Assembly: GCF_006345805.1 (NCBI RefSeq)
Contig: NC_043002.1
Coordinates: forward strand, 112,282,001-112,346,000
DNA length: 64,000 nt
Direction of reading: 5' to 3'
From: Octopus sinensis
Taxonomy: Eukaryota
Part shown: in pieces, positions 63,652 to 64,000 of the stretch
Numbering within the stretch: the stretch's first letter is position 1
Layout of the letters: every line of letters begins with the position of its first letter
Made by a program: the position numbers and the translations under genes
Notes under the pieces: generated by a model
The model's database searches: none
What the model was told of the DNA's origin: nothing
Seen by the model: only the letters and a program-made list of their open reading frames with translations

Positions 63652-63960
63652 TTCACAAAAAACAAAAGACGAAGACAGGTGGTGTAGACAAGAAACAGAT
63701 GTATTAGTTTAACGCTCAGGAAGTGGAAAAAACTCTTTAACGTTTCAAGCCTACGCTTTTCCACAGAAACGAACACAGAAAGAAACAAGGAGAGAAAAAA
63801 AGAATGTGTAGTGACAAGTGAGGACATCATCAACTGTGTAAACAACATGAAGTACGAAAACAAACAAGTTAAATACGCAAACAACGTATTTAACGGGAGA
63901 TAAATGGAAGAGTAACACGGAGAACGACCTTTCATTAGCTGTCGGCTGTCTATCTACTCC
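63652..63960 (-). mobile_element. (TA)n-abutting Penelope-type terminal-repeat island containing a hammerhead-like motif (63735-63769)
   Basis: Homologous to 42091-42276. Motif UUU-CUGUGGA-A-AAGC(GUAG)GCUU-GAAAC-GUU-AAAG. Confidence 0.7.
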
Positions 63961-64000
63961 TTATTTCGAGCACTCAATACCCCCCCCCACACACACATAT

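Overview
AT-rich, microsatellite-saturated eukaryotic DNA with no recognisable host gene, probably intergenic or deep intronic. From recall, the repeats match those that dominate Octopus (coleoid cephalopod) assemblies; this was not searched. Nearly all ORF-track entries are read-throughs of simple repeats or SINE bodies. Identified content: (1) at least four tRNA-headed SINE families, called A, B, C and E here, many with clear target-site duplications (TSDs); (2) a ~400-bp non-autonomous Helitron in three copies; (3) fossil LINEs of the R4/Dong-like RLE type, the Tx1/L1 type and the CR1/L2 type; (4) a 5'-truncated Penelope-like element (RT plus GIY-YIG, Naiad-like motifs) at 57122-59758 (-). 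The most striking unannotated layer is a set of six hammerhead-ribozyme-like motifs from four sequence families. Most sit in short islands within (TA)n arrays. One is a complete type I fold with a compensatory U3-A8 core pair (60816-60854), and one fold-back palindrome is centred exactly on the ribozyme's palindromic helix III (59925-59992). Other notable items: a perfect 62-bp inverted repeat closing a two-hairpin T-shaped loop (50991-51174), a SINE B/LINE shared 3' stem-loop with covariation, a four-family nested insertion stack, and a locally templated insertion. All alignments and folds were done by eye. Indel noise in long repeats suggests that some frameshifts could be assembly errors.
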